Source: Klebsormidium nitens
Taxonomy: Eukaryota > Plantae > Klebsormidiophyceae
Assembly (NCBI GenBank): GCA_000708835.1
Contig: DF236985.1
Location: 186,001-250,000, forward strand
DNA length: 64,000 bases
Reading direction: 5' to 3'
The notes beneath the pieces were generated by a model. That model made no database searches. It had not been told where the DNA came from and was given only the letters and a program-made list of their open reading frames with translations. This document shows, piece after piece, positions 23,075-36,900 of this stretch (position 1 is the stretch's first letter; every line of letters starts with the position of its first letter). A program made the translations under genes and the position numbers.

Positions 23075-24810
23075 GGCTCCGAAAACGCAGATTCAGCAAT
23101 GCTGTCACCAACCTACGTCCTCTACGTTTTGATGGCGGCTTCTAAGATTTGAAAATACTTGATCTGCAAGTGAACCCGAAGGATGAGATTCTTCAGTGCT
23201 GACTTAGAACACGCTTGTCCCGCTAAAAAAGACCTTCGGCGTTTTGCTTCTGACTGCTCTGGATGTGTCCTAAGTTCACCCCGTGAAAATGTTGGAGAAG
23301 AAAGCTATGGTGGCACTATGCATCTAACAGACTCTTTATCTCGAAGCGCTGGGCAAAACCGTTTCTTGCGTCTTGCGGTATGATCGTTTTCCCGGTCGAC
23401 TTTCGCGGAGGCTCCACCATTTGCCACTGTCAGGATGATCAAGATAGTCAGCATTGCTGCTCCTATCTTGAGTGTTCCTGTCAGGCTGGATGTGCGGAAA
23501 CTTGAGAATAGCAATTGCTTTAGGCCGCCGAGCGGCCTGCATGATGCAGAATGTATAAGGCAGCTGCCGCTCATGACAAGCTTTTGTGTCAAGATGAATC
23601 AGCTGCCTCGGTCGGCAATTCAGCCCTGACGACTTTGTGAAGCCTTCTACTGCACAGTGACAGGGTCCAATCAGCCGAGCCGTGAATCAAGCAGACGAGC
23701 ATAAGGACCAGTATAGTACCAGACTCCAAGGGACTTGGGAGCGGATCACAACAATGACGCGTGACTAGTGAAGGCAGCCTCACCCCGCAGAGGGTTCGGC
23801 GGAAGCACTGGCAGACGTTTCGAACTGGGGGAAGACGAACAGGCGCGACTTCATTGGGCCCGCGGCCGCGTCGCACGGTGACCACGGTACCGTCGGTAAT
23901 CGGTATAGGTGGTCGGTATACATACGGTATGTACCGAGTGCAGAAAATGAGTCCGGTTACCCGGTAACCTGGAACTAGTTACTGCAAAAAGTAAACCTCC
24001 TCTAACCCCGGCGGCCGTCCGACCAGACAAACGCGGCCGGGCCGCCGTGCTCACGGGCTCGCAGCCGGCGCGCGGCGCCGGCCGGCCGGGCCGCCCTCAA
24101 CTAAGTGGCGGCGGGCCCGTACGGTGGTCGACGTACGAGGCTGGGCCGCATAGCAAAAACCCATTTGATTACAGGATTGGGCTTGGTTGGATTTCCGGAG
24201 CGAGTAGCCCGTTCCTTCAAAATTCAAATATTGTGCATCGCTTTACCTACATTCGACTTGGAAACATCGGGCGCAGCACGGCAGCGTGACAGTTGAGCAG
24301 CTGTCCCAAGTTCGTCGATAAATGCATTCGGTGCTTCGATTCGAAGAGAGCTTGTATTTTACTTCTACGCAAATGGGCCTGCTTCACGTTCAACGGTCAA
24401 AGTCATGGTACACGCCAATGGGATTCAATAACGCAGGTCCATGTTCGAGAATCAGAACGTCTTGTCCTTTTAACAACAGATGGTTCAGCATTGCCTTGGT
24501 ACGAACAGAGGGCACCAAATTCTCTCTACTCGTGACTTCCTTGTCATGATAGTTTTCTGAATCATTTCGATTCAAAGTAGGCAGCGCATGGCGTGGGATG
24601 AAAGCATGCGACTGCCTAACTCTATGCAGGCCCTAAAATGCTTACTATGCAGGCCCTTATATGCTTACAATCTGTACAGGATAAAGATGTTCCTTCACAT
24701 CCAACTTATTCTCCCTCAAAAGTAATATAGAATTCAGTCCGTCACTACTTTGCCAGCCGTGTCTATACTGATATACAAACTTTTGTCGTAGTGCATTGGA
24801 TTGTACGCTC

Positions 24811-27800
24811 CTATGGAGAGTGCAATTTGGTCTCATAGATCGGAAGAGCATCGTGCAGTAGCCTTGAGTTGAGCGTGCGTTCGGTTGGGCTCATGAAGAT
24901 TCCGTCCTTAGCGTGCTGCTCGGCGGTATCCCTGTGGGCGACAAGACGGTGTTAGAAGCTTTGCCTTCAGATCTCCCTTTGTTCTACACCTCGGTTGCAT
25001 TTGGCAATTCTTGAAGCCAAGAAGTTTCGCAAATGAAGTTATCCTAAAGGATAAAAGAATCATTGAACGCGCACGTGGAGGACTTCGGAGAGAATGTCTG
25101 TGGCCAAAGCCATCGATTTCGGAACGGCGTTTTTCTCAAACAGTCCAGCCCAAACCCTTTCGCACTCAAACCGACCTGAGGCATAAGTTCCTACGTGTCG
25201 TTCCAAGGCCCCAGCGAGGTAGAACGCTCCGCAGCGATGTTGTAATCTCTTCACTCTGACCGCATTTCTATGTTCTCAAAAGCATACCTGATCTGGCGCT
25301 CCAGCTCTAGCCTGTACTGCAGGCTCTTCTCCCTCTTCTTGATCCTGTTGAGCGCCTGCTCTGCCAAGACCTGTGCGGCTTCAGCGGTAGCCTGCTCTTG
25401 GAACCTCCGGTTCTCGTTGGCCTCCCTGTCGATGCGATCCTGCAGAGGAACACGTGGGCAACACTCTTTAGGCTCATGCTCACCCGCTCCGTCTGTATTC
25501 TCCGACGGAACCGAACCGCCGATGCAATAAAGTGGCGCGTCTTCCGTTCGATAGAGACTGGATCAAGCATTAAAACTACTATGTGAACAGCAATCAAGCA
25601 ACTTTTCTCAGCTTCTTTTTGCCAAGTTACAATCTGGGTCCACTTCAGGAAAACTTGCGGACCTCGTGGGTACACCATGCGGTCGCTTGTCACAAAGACA
25701 GTTGTTGTCAGAAGTTGCAGATTAGCGCTTCTAGAAAACCTTCCGGAGTGCGCCGTTTCAGAAAGCCTCATCAGAATCGACGTCGAGGGCAAATAAATAC
25801 CCGGAGCTCTTCTTTCTGTTGCTGGAGAGTCGCCAGGATTCTCGTATTGTCATTCTGGCGCCTGCGCCGGTTCGCCGCCTCCTTCTCGCGCTCCATCTGC
25901 TCGCGGCGTCGCTCGTGCTCAGCAATCTGGTCGTCCAGCTGCACAAACAAAGAGAAGGGAGCCAGTCAGCCTTTTACCCCATATGGCTCTTTGCTCTTGA
26001 TATTCCACAGCAAGAGGAAATGCAGACAGGTCCATCAAAGAGCACCTTAAAGAGACTCCTTCAAGCCCCCTAAGAGATTGTCGTACAGTGAGCAGAATTC
26101 AAGTACAGCAGACAGCCTGGCAAGACCTCGAATATACCTGCTTCATCTTCTCGTCGTTCTGCTTCTGCGTCAGTTCCCCAATGCGCATGCGCTTCATGAT
26201 CATATTTTGTTGCTCTTTCAACCTTTGCTGACGCGCTCGGTCCTGCGATCACAAGAAACGGGGGCAAACACGTTTTCCCTTCACCTTTTCGTAGTCGGTG
26301 GTTAGATGTCTCTGTTTTGAACGCTATGAGAAGCAGGTAAAGAAGAATAAGAGCTATAAAAAATGATGTCAACTCCACAGAATCTGGTGTCAACTCCACA
26401 AAATTTTGAGTCAGATATTACTTTGTACGCAAGTATCTGTAGATTATCCCAACCTGCGCTTCAAGAAGTGCGTTGTAATCCTCCATGAGCTTCTTGTCCT
26501 TCTCCCCCTCAATCAGCTTCTGACGGCGCGCCTCAGCGCGCTGTGCCTCGTTCTCCAACTGTGTTTGCTGCAGCTGGTGCCGCTGCGCCTCCTTCCTTGT
26601 AGAGTCACGCAGCCTCTCCTCCTGTGCAGATTACAGCACTGTATCAGGATCGTGTTTCAAAGGTTCCTTTGCGTGCCATGCAGCTTGTCTTCTTTTAAGG
26701 TAGGACCGTACCCTGTCTCAGAGATATACCGTCTTGAAATGAACAGATGAAAAACTCGACAGCTTCTCACAAGCACTCTGACCTCCACGCATCTCAGCAA
26801 TTCAAAGCCTGCAAAAGCCGACGGCGTCGACTGAAGAATTTGCAAATCCTTCGTACGGATAGAAAAACCTATGAAACCCCCTAAGACTAGGTTTGGTGGC
26901 AAGCAGGACAGTCCCGGCGTTTCGAAGCGGCGGTGATGGATGTAGGGTTCTTACTTCGAGTGCTTGTTGTATTCTTCTAATCTCCTCTTGCTCCTCGTAT
27001 CTATGCTGTTCCACCTCTGCTTGTCTCTGGGCCTGCATATCATTCCAACTGCACACTTCAGGAGAAAGATAATCTAAAGCAACAGACTAAGAATCAAATT
27101 GATGTAGGGAAGAGCCTGGTTTTGAGAGGCACCTATGAACGACCCGGGTCACACAAAATATCATACTTGAGATGGATGGCGAGTAGCTCAGTACTAAAGT
27201 GGAAGTGACGTGGATATCACAAAGTGAACTGGCTTACCTTGGTGATTGCCAGGTGAGTGTCTCGATCCAACTTCTCAAGCTCTGCTTTTCTCCTCCGATC
27301 GATCTGCACTATGTTTGGAGGGCATGAGGCAACACCACAGGAGATCTAACTGCACTGTCGAGTCGAATCAGAGGAACACGTTTGTGACCTGATTTCACAG
27401 AAAAAAATCCAATATGATTCTGTCTTTTGAAGCAAAGCTTCGGAAATATTATCGAGTGTCCATTGCTATGGAAAGACCGTGGACAGCAGAGGAAATGTTT
27501 CCAATGTAAAGAGGCCGTGGAAGAGAAACTGAGAGAAGAACTCACTTCTTTCTGTTTCTCGACCTCCTTATGCTGCTGTAACTCCTGAGCGATACGCTGC
27601 GCTTCCCGTCCGCGCTCTCGAATAATTTCCTGCCGCTTCTCCTCCAGCTCTCGCCTCTGAGGAGAATGAGAAACATCAGAAGATGTTTTTGTGGTGCCAA
27701 CATCGTGTCTGCAATTGGAAGTATCCTCAAGGCTTTCCGAAAGGCAATGGCTGCCACGAAGGGAGCAGCTTGGCAAATGGCACGAGACACAACTAGTAAA

Positions 27801-29493
27801 ACCTGAAAACAATCCATGCTTTTGACGTACGAACTTCAAGAGGCCGAAAGCTCCAGGCTGAGAAGTCGCACCTGTTCATCAAGGATTGCCCTTTGCTTGT
27901 CAGTTGCCGTCTTATGCTTCTCAGCCAAGGCTTTCTTGTGCTGTGCAAACACCTCTTGGTCGTACGCCGAAAGTGCTGCCCACTCGCTGAGCGCTTTGCT
28001 CGTACGGTTGATCACCTGGACCGTGCGTCGGCTTGGCAGTCCGCTTGCTGAAAATGAAATAGGAGGTGATAAGCACACGAGGTTGAGTGGCCATGTTGGG
28101 GAAGCAGCTAGTGACCGTGAAACAGCTGACCAAACCCCTTACCTCGCGGCATGCTTGGATGCGATGTGAAAGCAAGAGCTTCAAAAGCACGTAATTTACC
28201 AGAATGGTATTGGCTAAAAACATTCTCCTTGCTGTTGAAACCTGCGACTTAGGCAGCATGACAGAAGGAATTTAAAATCTAACTCAATCCTTTTAAGATC
28301 CTTATGCCAGCAATAACGAAAAGCTAGCACATATGGAGGCAGCTTTGGCCCAGCAGACCTGGGGAAAGCTTTCATCACAGTGGTTCTTAAGGCTCGCTGT
28401 CGAACGCCTTTAACCAGGTGAAGCTGATCCTAAGATTGAAAAGCTTCGTGGTAGTCTACATCTGCAAAAGTCGAAGGAAGAAATGAAGCTCTCCGTGACT
28501 CCATGCTCACGTTCGAGGATGTCGAGCACGTGCTCGTTCTCCAGCTTGTGCAGAGTGCTCAGATCCAACGCCAGTGTTGCCTTGGATGGCATCTTTGCGG
28601 TGTTTCCAATCTTCCTTGACTCCTGTCCCCACTTAGAGCTGGATTGGTTTGCGAAGGCTTGCGAAGTAAGTGCGGACTCTGTATGCCTCTCGGTTGGACC
28701 CATGTTTTCATCAGTTAAGGCTTCTACGCTTCTTGAGACAAACGTATTGCTCTTTGATGATCTTCTTCGAGATTTCACCACTTTCCATTCTCCAACCCCT
28801 GAATCTGACTGAGGTGAAATGGCGTCGACAGGGGATTTTGGTGACGCTTCGACCCGGGAACCATGGCTGCTCAGCATGAGAGATCTGAATTTCGCTTCTG
28901 ACTGGTTTGTATTATACACCTGCACAAAGTAGCAAGATAATTGTAAGACCTACTCCAAATTTGTTTGTAACATCTTAGAAAGCTGACAGCTTTTGTTTTA
29001 GACGATAAGTATGTATCAGCATGGCAATCAGTCGTCTCTTTGAGTACAAATTTGACAAGGAGAGGACGAAGGCAGAAGCGAATGACGAAAGCAGAAGGAA
29101 GGGAAGTACATGCATAAACGTAAGCTTTTGGCTAAACGCTTGATTGTTTACAAGCTCTCATTTCTGTGGAATTTTCTGTACCTGGACAATAATAGGGGCT
29201 TTACGAGGTTTACCAACTCAGAACAGCGTCCATTCTGCACTACATTGGATATCCCGACATCAGCATGGACTTCGCTTTTACCAACACCACGATTTGTACA
29301 GGCTCGACAAGCTCGTGGTAATCTTCGTCCTTGCTAAGGCAAGGGAAATTCACGAAACACTCGCCTTGTTTGGTAATGCATCTTTCTCAAGTTCCTTCTG
29401 GAGGATCTTTTGCAATCGCTCCCTTCTGCGTATCTCATCCGCACCATTACGAGTGCCAGCCATTATGCCGTTTCCCCTTGCCTGCTCAGCCAT
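24811..29493 (-). CDS. Long E/R/K/Q-rich coiled-coil protein, trichohyalin-plectin-homology (TPH)-like, candidate ciliary microtubule inner protein; 5' end uncertain
   Basis: In-phase exons 28919-28511, 28047-27872 (SEWAALSAYDQE...AILDEQ), 27656-27546, 27303-27238, 27032-26955, 26621-26454, 26242-26138, 25938-25801 (LDDQIAE), 25439-25288 (YRLELERQI) and 24931-24811 (MSPTERTLNSRLL...stop). A probable upstream exon lies at ~29493-29365. Confidence 0.7.
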
Positions 29494-31162
29494 CACCTGG
29501 CCTGTAATCTTCTTTCCTTCTGCACTTAAAATCTCAGCGCGTTACGCCTTGGACGCAATGCTTCGTCCTTTAGACATTGCTTTATATTTCTCGTATTTAG
29601 CCACGTCTATGCTGCGGGCCTACGCCTTCTCTTTCAATGTCACTGCCCTTTCGATCGCCCCTCTTCAGAATTTGTATCTTCTTGGGACATTGCTGGCGCC
29701 ACAGGGTCAGTACCTAAGGACTGCAACTGCCACAACCTCTCCTCGAACCCTCCTCTCTCCTTATCCTCGTAAAATTGCCTAAACGTCACCAGCATCAACT
29801 TTGACCAATGCTGTCCTTTGCAATGCAACAACGACTGGTTTCTGACCGGGCTAACCTGGCAAAATTAGCTTCAATCTCTTAGCCGGCGGGCTTTGAAAGG
29901 CAGGGGATCCAGATTGAGGCAGTGTCACTCTACGATCACAGCAAAATTACAACGCCTGAGGGCCAATTGGCGGTCTTAGTTACACGAGTAGGATCAGTAT
30001 CCGGTCAACTTCGGTCATGATTCAGTGGCTTTGAAGGCCTTTTGACGGCCAGCTCCGTTTTGCTCAGTCAAAAGGACATCATCTAAAGTTCATAATCATA
30101 GTCCTTTCGCGCCCCTTAACTTACTTCCAAGCCGGTGCTCACTGCTGTCCATGCAGGTTCTGAAGCCGGATACGTGGCAGAGTTGGCGAGCAGGCCCTGC
30201 ATGGTAATCTTAGTATTGGCAGGCTTTCTGCAGGCTCTTGAGCAGATCGCAGCATTAGTCATGTCGAGTCAACAAGTTCAACACCCCTTCAACACAACCC
30301 GCCAGCTACAAACACTGGATGCTAATAAGTAAAACTCTAATTTTCGCTGCTAGGCTGGTCCTTTTCTAAAATCTTACTGCCATCTTACTAAGTGACGTCA
30401 GACTCGGGTAATGAATGTTTGGTAGCCCCAGCGCGCCGACGGCGGCTAGATGATTGCCATAGACTGCTCTGGCTTTCCTGAAATCCAACTACCGCCCTGA
30501 CTCAAAGTAAGCCAACCGACAAAAAGATTACTGTACCGTCGATGAGATTATCGGCGGCAGCATCTGCTTTCAATCCAAAGTCCCAGAAGGAGTCGATGCC
30601 AATTGGAGTTCGAAGGCCGTCCGATAAACGAACCCAATCAGTTTTCAGTGAAACAGATATACGAGATCTGAAAGGTGCTTTCCTATTGCTCCGCCCACGT
30701 CAGCTCGCATGAATGAGGGCACTCGCCCCCGGTACATCGCAAATTTCCAGCTCGGGCTATAACAATGGCTTTGAGAACTCTGCTGAAATGCCCGGGCGAG
30801 CGCTGCCTCGGGCACTCGCACTAGGTAGGTACGGTAGGTACTCACGACCAGTGTGCACTCACTGTCAGCACTGCAGTGTGCACGAGTCAGCACTGCAGAC
30901 TCATCGACTCAGGAGTCAGAGGTACTCCAGAGTCCAATGCACTGCACTGTGCAGAGCACCTGCCGCGCTGCATTGTCCAGCGCAACTTCGCAGAGTTCAT
31001 GAAGGTGGGCAGAATTCCGTGACGGTGCATTCAATCTCTCCCACATTGCACTTTGTTCCTCGTTTTCCTGCTGCCACTGCCAGCTTCGCTCTTCTTCACA
31101 GCAGGTCAGGCGCCCGCACTATCTTCTGTACCTCATCAATCAGCCCGAATACTCGAGTCGAG

Positions 31163-32747
31163 ATGGCTTCCTCGTCGCTCTGCGCATCAGCATTCAAGGG
31201 TGCTTCCCTGATTGTTGCACCTCAATCGAGGGTTACCAGGAGTCTCCCGGCTGCAAGCCAGCCGCGGACTATCGTCTGCTCAGCTCAGCAGAGCAGGAGG
31301 GACGTGTTGAAGTTCGCGGCAATCTTTGTTGCCTCAGGCGCGCTGACTGCACAGCAGGCTTTGGCAGAAGGAGCTACCGGTTTGACTGCTAGCCTCTTGG
31401 CTAAGAGCGAGACGAACAAGGTAGGTATTAATTCCAAATGAGGGCTTGCGGGTATATCAATCTCCTGAAGTCATATTGCCACTTTTGTTCAGCTCTCTCT
31501 AAGGAGTTTCACTAATCCTTGAATTTAGTGCCAGCGTTTCTGCACAAGCTAGTCAAGGATGGCCAAATCTGGGATGCCATTGGAATCCACAAAAAGCCAC
31601 CGGCTAGAACATTGAACTGGAGATTTGACAGAATCGCCTCCACTGTGGGGGAAGGGGAGAGGCTTTGTTGGAGAGCTTGATGTGCATAGAAGTTGCTTAG
31701 TAGCTTAGCCATAGCAAGTTTGTAAGTACGAGTTTGTGGGACAAACGGTGAACTTAAGGCGTGTGTGGCACCTTTGGGGCAGGTTGTGAATGCACTCTGG
31801 AAGGAAGTATGCAAACCAAACCTCCTTTGTGCCCTTAACATCCCGCGATTTGGATAGCTTGCAATCCATAAATCTTCAAGTGACTAAGAGAAGATTTCTC
31901 CATTCTCAGATGGGTGAAGACTTTGGAAAGAGGTCATTGACAGCCTTTAGTTCCTCAAACCCTCAGATACTTGATACGACCAGCAATGCCTATGAAGGAA
32001 GCCTCCATGCCCCTGAACTTGACAGCAGCTTTCTTTTTGGGACACTGCAAAGCTGTTCCATCAGTTGAGCAACATGCTAGGTCACAAGGAGCTCTCCTAC
32101 CTGTAGTTGGCATCAGTGGGGGAAAATAATGGCTTCTTGAAAGTTAAAATTCTGTCAGAGCCTTCCGTTATGCAATTTGCTATTAGTGACCAGTTCAACC
32201 AGTGTCTGGGTCTTGCATCAATTTCCTTGCCTTCTCATGCAGGCTGCAAACGATAGGGCTAGACTGAACACAAGCTACGCAAACCAGGGCCGGGCCTACA
32301 CAGTCCAGAATGGTACCTGCAAGTTCCCAGACAATTTCACGGGTTGCCAGGATCTCGCCAGGAGACAGGTGAGGACTCCTGAGAGCAAAGTGCGAGTTAA
32401 ATCGTTTAGATGTTCAATATCGACATGGATTCTTTGAAAGTTGGAGCCGATTCACCAAAGAGAATCTTATGTAGTCTGTCACAAGCATTGTTAAGGCTTC
32501 ATTGAGCGATACCTACTCCCACACATCAATACTATCGATCAAATTCTCAAGAGCCTGTGTCCAGCATCTCTACCTTGTTTGCCATATACCGATGCTAAGA
32601 AGCATGAAACAATGCGGCTCAATTCTAAGCCGCCTTCTAAGCCGCCTTCTTTACCCTGTGCAGGATGTCAAGTTCCTTTCTGCAGACCTCAAGACTGAAT
32701 GTGCAGGCAAGGAGAAGGGCAAGTGTGCTTCCAACAACCTGTACTGA
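31163..32747 (+). CDS. psaN: Photosystem I reaction centre subunit N, chloroplast precursor
   Basis: Exons 31163-31420, 32243-32368 and 32664-32747. A transit peptide and twin-arginine lumen signal (SRRDVLKFAA...ALA) precede the mature LLAKSETNKAANDRARLNTSYANQGRAYTVQNGTCKFPDNFTGCQDLA...KFLSADLKTECAGK, with the four conserved Cys. Confidence 0.95.
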
Positions 32748-33914
32748 GCTGCTTTGGTCCGGAAACCCGTTGTAAGAGTGTAGCATCATTGTAAAATTGT
32801 ACAATATTGTTGATCAACAACCAAAGGCTGTTGACAAGCCAAGATTGTTTCAAGGCAAACTTCTTGCTTTATTGACGTTTTCTTCCGAGTTTTAATGATC
32901 TTGCAATGTCGCTTACCAAATCCTAGCCTCAGAAGCTGTACACAAACGTATGGACGGTGGGACTGAGGACCTTCAATACTGGGAAACCGGGGCTTGAGCA
33001 ATTTGCAGCGCATGGGCGCTTTTCTGTCAAGCTCGCACGATTCATGATTCGGGGTGCTAAGCTGTGACACTCCAATCTACCTTTTAATGATTCTGGTTCG
33101 TGAAATCAGTTCCATATTCCGCGTTTTAGTAAGCAACAAAATTCCTTCCAGAGCGCATATGGCAACGTCTAGATCCGCTTTTCTTTCCAGAAGATGATTC
33201 AGTATGCGAGACTGCGCGAACGACCCCGCTTCTGAGAATGTCTCGGCCCAAGGCCAATTCCATGTGCCAGACTTCTAGCTTTTGTTGTTTACGCATGGAT
33301 CCGAGTTCAACGCGCACAACGTTTGACGTATGTTCACACCGTCATCACCAGTGGCTCGGATCCCGTGACAAACCAGTGAGCAGGTATAACTCGAGGTTGC
33401 TCTCACCAAGTAATTCATTAAGGATCAATACCCATATTGTCTACGTACGTTGCGTTGCCGCCATGGACTTTATGTAGTCACGACTCTATCCGTCCCTCTA
33501 GCTGGACTAGCTTCAGTCTTCAGCGGACGCCCTACGCCGCCATATAAGGCATGCGTCTTACGAAAGGGTCCACAGAATACATGGTGAGTTGAACATCGCG
33601 CATGCCATGCATGGTGGTTGTGTCGAATTGGAGAAGGCTCCATCCGGTAAGGTTTCATAGTACTAGTCTGCATCTGCAATTGCAGCGGCTTGCAAATTTG
33701 CAATCAATACGATCGCTCGACTGTAGCTCTCATGCAGATATGCATGATGCTACTCGACCAGGAGGCATAGAATTATGAACGTGATCGTGGTTGATTGGCG
33801 AAGTATATACCGTCGTGAACCTCCCGCATAATGCCCACCAGCGCTGCAAACAAGAAGGGAGATCTATCGGGCTACGTCTGGATCCCCGGGCCCCTCTACA
33901 TATGTATGCAAGCA

Positions 33915-36900
33915 TTATCTTTGAAAGGCGAAGGTCTGCAGGGACGGTTTCAAGACCTGACTCTTTGACTGACTCTTGCGTGCAGCACCTCTCGTATCTG
34001 AACCAGCGTACTTGGAAGATCGTGTCGACTTGCTAATTAATGTTGAGGCGTTCTCGGAGGGACTGACGTTAGTTGACTCTGTTCTTTTCGGCGCAAAGTC
34101 ACGACTCCGGCTTTGGCTAGACCGACCAGCAGTTGCTTCCGTGAGCGCCGCTCTTAAGGTAGTCTCTTCTGTCCGGCAATTCTGCGCGCACAGGAAGATC
34201 AGAAAGCTTAGGAAGTCCAGCCATATCGTGTAACTTGGTAGCTTCATCGATGGCCACTGATATGGACGGATCAATCTTCCTGCATGAGTGACTCGCTTTG
34301 CGCCGTCCCGACTTGCATCACGCCTTAGCTGGTTTCTGGGGCGACCATCGTGAGATTGTTCAATTGATTTTTTGCGAAGGGCATCGGTTGTTGGAAAAGG
34401 CTGCAAGAGGTTTCAACGACGAAAGAAACTATTAAAACACTTCAAGCTGGCAAAGGTCATAGGGTAAGAAGGAGCCCTGCCGTTGCAACTGGACGATGAA
34501 CGCGGTCACTCCAAAAAATAGCGGAGAATGAACCAACCTCTAGCTCCTGCCTGAGAGCCGCATTCTCGTCCTCCTTCGTCCGCACCAAACCGCTGAGCTT
34601 GACAAGGCGTTCCTCCATCATGTCACACACTTCCTGCTGGCTTGCACACGCAAGAAGCGACTCGAGCTCGCGTACCCTATTCGTCAAGTACACCTGCAAG
34701 CAAGGGCAACGACTCTTAGAGAGGCCCTCGAACAAACTGGGTGCTTGATTTTAACCACTTCGTGACCGGCAAGGGTTTAGAGAAGGCGATTTGCCAGACG
34801 GAAGTAACTAGAGCGGTTTCGACGTTCTGCAGTAAGCCTCTACGACTTTCAAATCGCAGCAAGGCGTGCTTCGAAAGTTTCTCGCACCATGATGGGTAGT
34901 CCCTTCATGCGTCAAAAGGGCAGACGGCAATCGTCAGATAGTGTTGGTCAGGTCGAGCTCGAGTCTGCAACACCTTGCTTCGTCTACGATGCAATGGTTC
35001 GAAATCATCCAAAGGTTGAAGCGATGGCCAAGCATACGCTACAAGTAAAGCGAAGATCGAGCCCACCTGCCGCTCTTCCAGCTGACGACAAGTGGCGGTG
35101 CACCCGTTCAACTGCTCAATCAAACGAACCCTCTCGCCGTCCCGCACGCGCAACTTGTCTTCGTATGCTTGCTCCATCTCCTGACGCTTCCTTTCCAGGA
35201 GAGCTTCAGCATCTCGCAACCTGTCACCGCAGTCGCACGTAAATCGGTCAGCAAGGCCGGCAAGAATTCATTTTGCTGTAGTTCATGACGGTCATTCCTC
35301 TGCTGCTGGTTCCACCGTCAAATTCAATCTACGTTTCGTGGGTTGCATTGCGATAAGCGCTTTGATCAATGGACGGATAATTCCGATAATTCGACGTTAT
35401 TAATGAGTTCTTGCTTTCTCCTTTCAACGTCGTATGTTTTCTTGACTACCTGAATTGCGCAGGGAGCGTTCCTGTTTTGATCATCTCAACATGACAGAGA
35501 ACTTTACAAGCCCACGAGAGACACCGGACTCAAAGCTGGTCAGTAGTGAGAAGCACGGAGAACCTCAAGTCGGGCGTTCTCACCGGTTCGCAGCGTCCTG
35601 CTCCGCCTTGCTTATCCGAACCGCGAAGTCCGCCTGCAACTCTAGGACGGTCGCCTCGTGACCTTTACGCAGGTCGGCAACTTTACGGTGGCAGTTCTCC
35701 TCCATCTCCAGCATCCTCTGTCCGTACTCTGCCGTTTGGGTCGCACTGAACGAGAACCAAACGAGTCGAAGTTAGTCAGGGGGTTCGTCAGACCATTAGA
35801 AAATAGGGATGGTACTGCCTGCTTGGGATGCGAAGCGACTAAAGAAGGGCCGACAGATTTTGGTCCAAGTTGGCGGGTGACTGACCATTTCGCAGAAAGT
35901 CGTACGGATGACATGAGACTCTTTGCAACTGTTCCCATTCTCTCCGACAGCGGCTTGTTGAGATCAGAGTGCCCCTTATTCTATTTTTGAAGTCCAGAGT
36001 TTCACAGACTCTAAGAAGGCGGTCCCTTGCTCTTGTTTTGTCTAGGACCCTTTCGTTCCTTCCTTCTGTTTTGCAAAGCTCGCCAGCGTCTTATCACGAC
36101 GTACCCTGCTACAGACCGCAGCTTCGACACTTTGCTTCTGCGCTTACCATTCGCTCTGGAGTCGCTTGAGCTCCGCCGTGAGGGCTGCGCACCGGCCACT
36201 GAGCTGGTTGACGTCATGCTGGGGCGCGCTCTGAACCGGGGGTTGCGAGGATCGCCCTTCCTTGGCACTCGAGTACCGCTTCTCATCCAGCAGCTCCTCA
36301 ACTTGGCCCTCGAGAGCACGCCTCACGGCCTCAGCGGCCGCCAGCTAGACAGGAAACAGAATCGGAATTAAAATTGCCTTCGAGCCTGGTCATTATGAAT
36401 CAGAACAGGGGTTGCAGGTGCTTGCAGATACGGGAACGCTGGCGAAGGTTCACACACTTGTCTCTGGTAGCCGAATCTCAGTCGGTTTGGTGTTAAAATT
36501 TACAGGGGCAGAATCTACGATCTTTCACTTGGTTCTTTCGCAATTATGTCTGGTCATATTGTTTCCTCCTCAAGATCGTCAATTCGTCTGAAAATGTTAC
36601 CCACCAGTGTCGTTACTTCATTCGCGTGTGGGGGGATGCAGTTCGTAGCTGCTCCTGAGCACATTCTCGAACTGTTTATTGTCGACTCAGTTCTCTCTAT
36701 CCTGAGAGTTGTGGTCAGCCTAGCACCTAAAAATTGATGTGTGGCTCACTCTCTGCTGCAGGCTTTTCTCCCCTGCGATGGTGCTGGCTCGATCCCCCAC
36801 AGTTGCGAGCTGGTGACGCAAACTGGCAATCAATTTGTCCTTGTCCAGTAAGGACTGCTCCAACATGTTCCTGTCTCGACCTTCCGCATCTCGGTTTAGT

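Noticed and set aside
23305-23592. Hydrophobic MLTILIILTVAN as the signal-peptide exon of the propeller gene
   Set aside because: The exon at 23074-23032 has a stronger GTAAG donor, the correct phase, and gives a better cleavable signal peptide.
29144-29782. 212-aa hydrophobic plus-strand ORF resembling a membrane protein
   Set aside because: It is antisense to purine-rich 5' sequence of the coiled-coil gene. The hydrophobicity is expected from the complement of GAA/AAG-rich codons.
30713-31162. N-terminal extension of the 242-aa ORF as part of PsaN
   Set aside because: The transit peptide begins at MASSSL (31163), and the upstream frame runs through repetitive promoter/UTR sequence.
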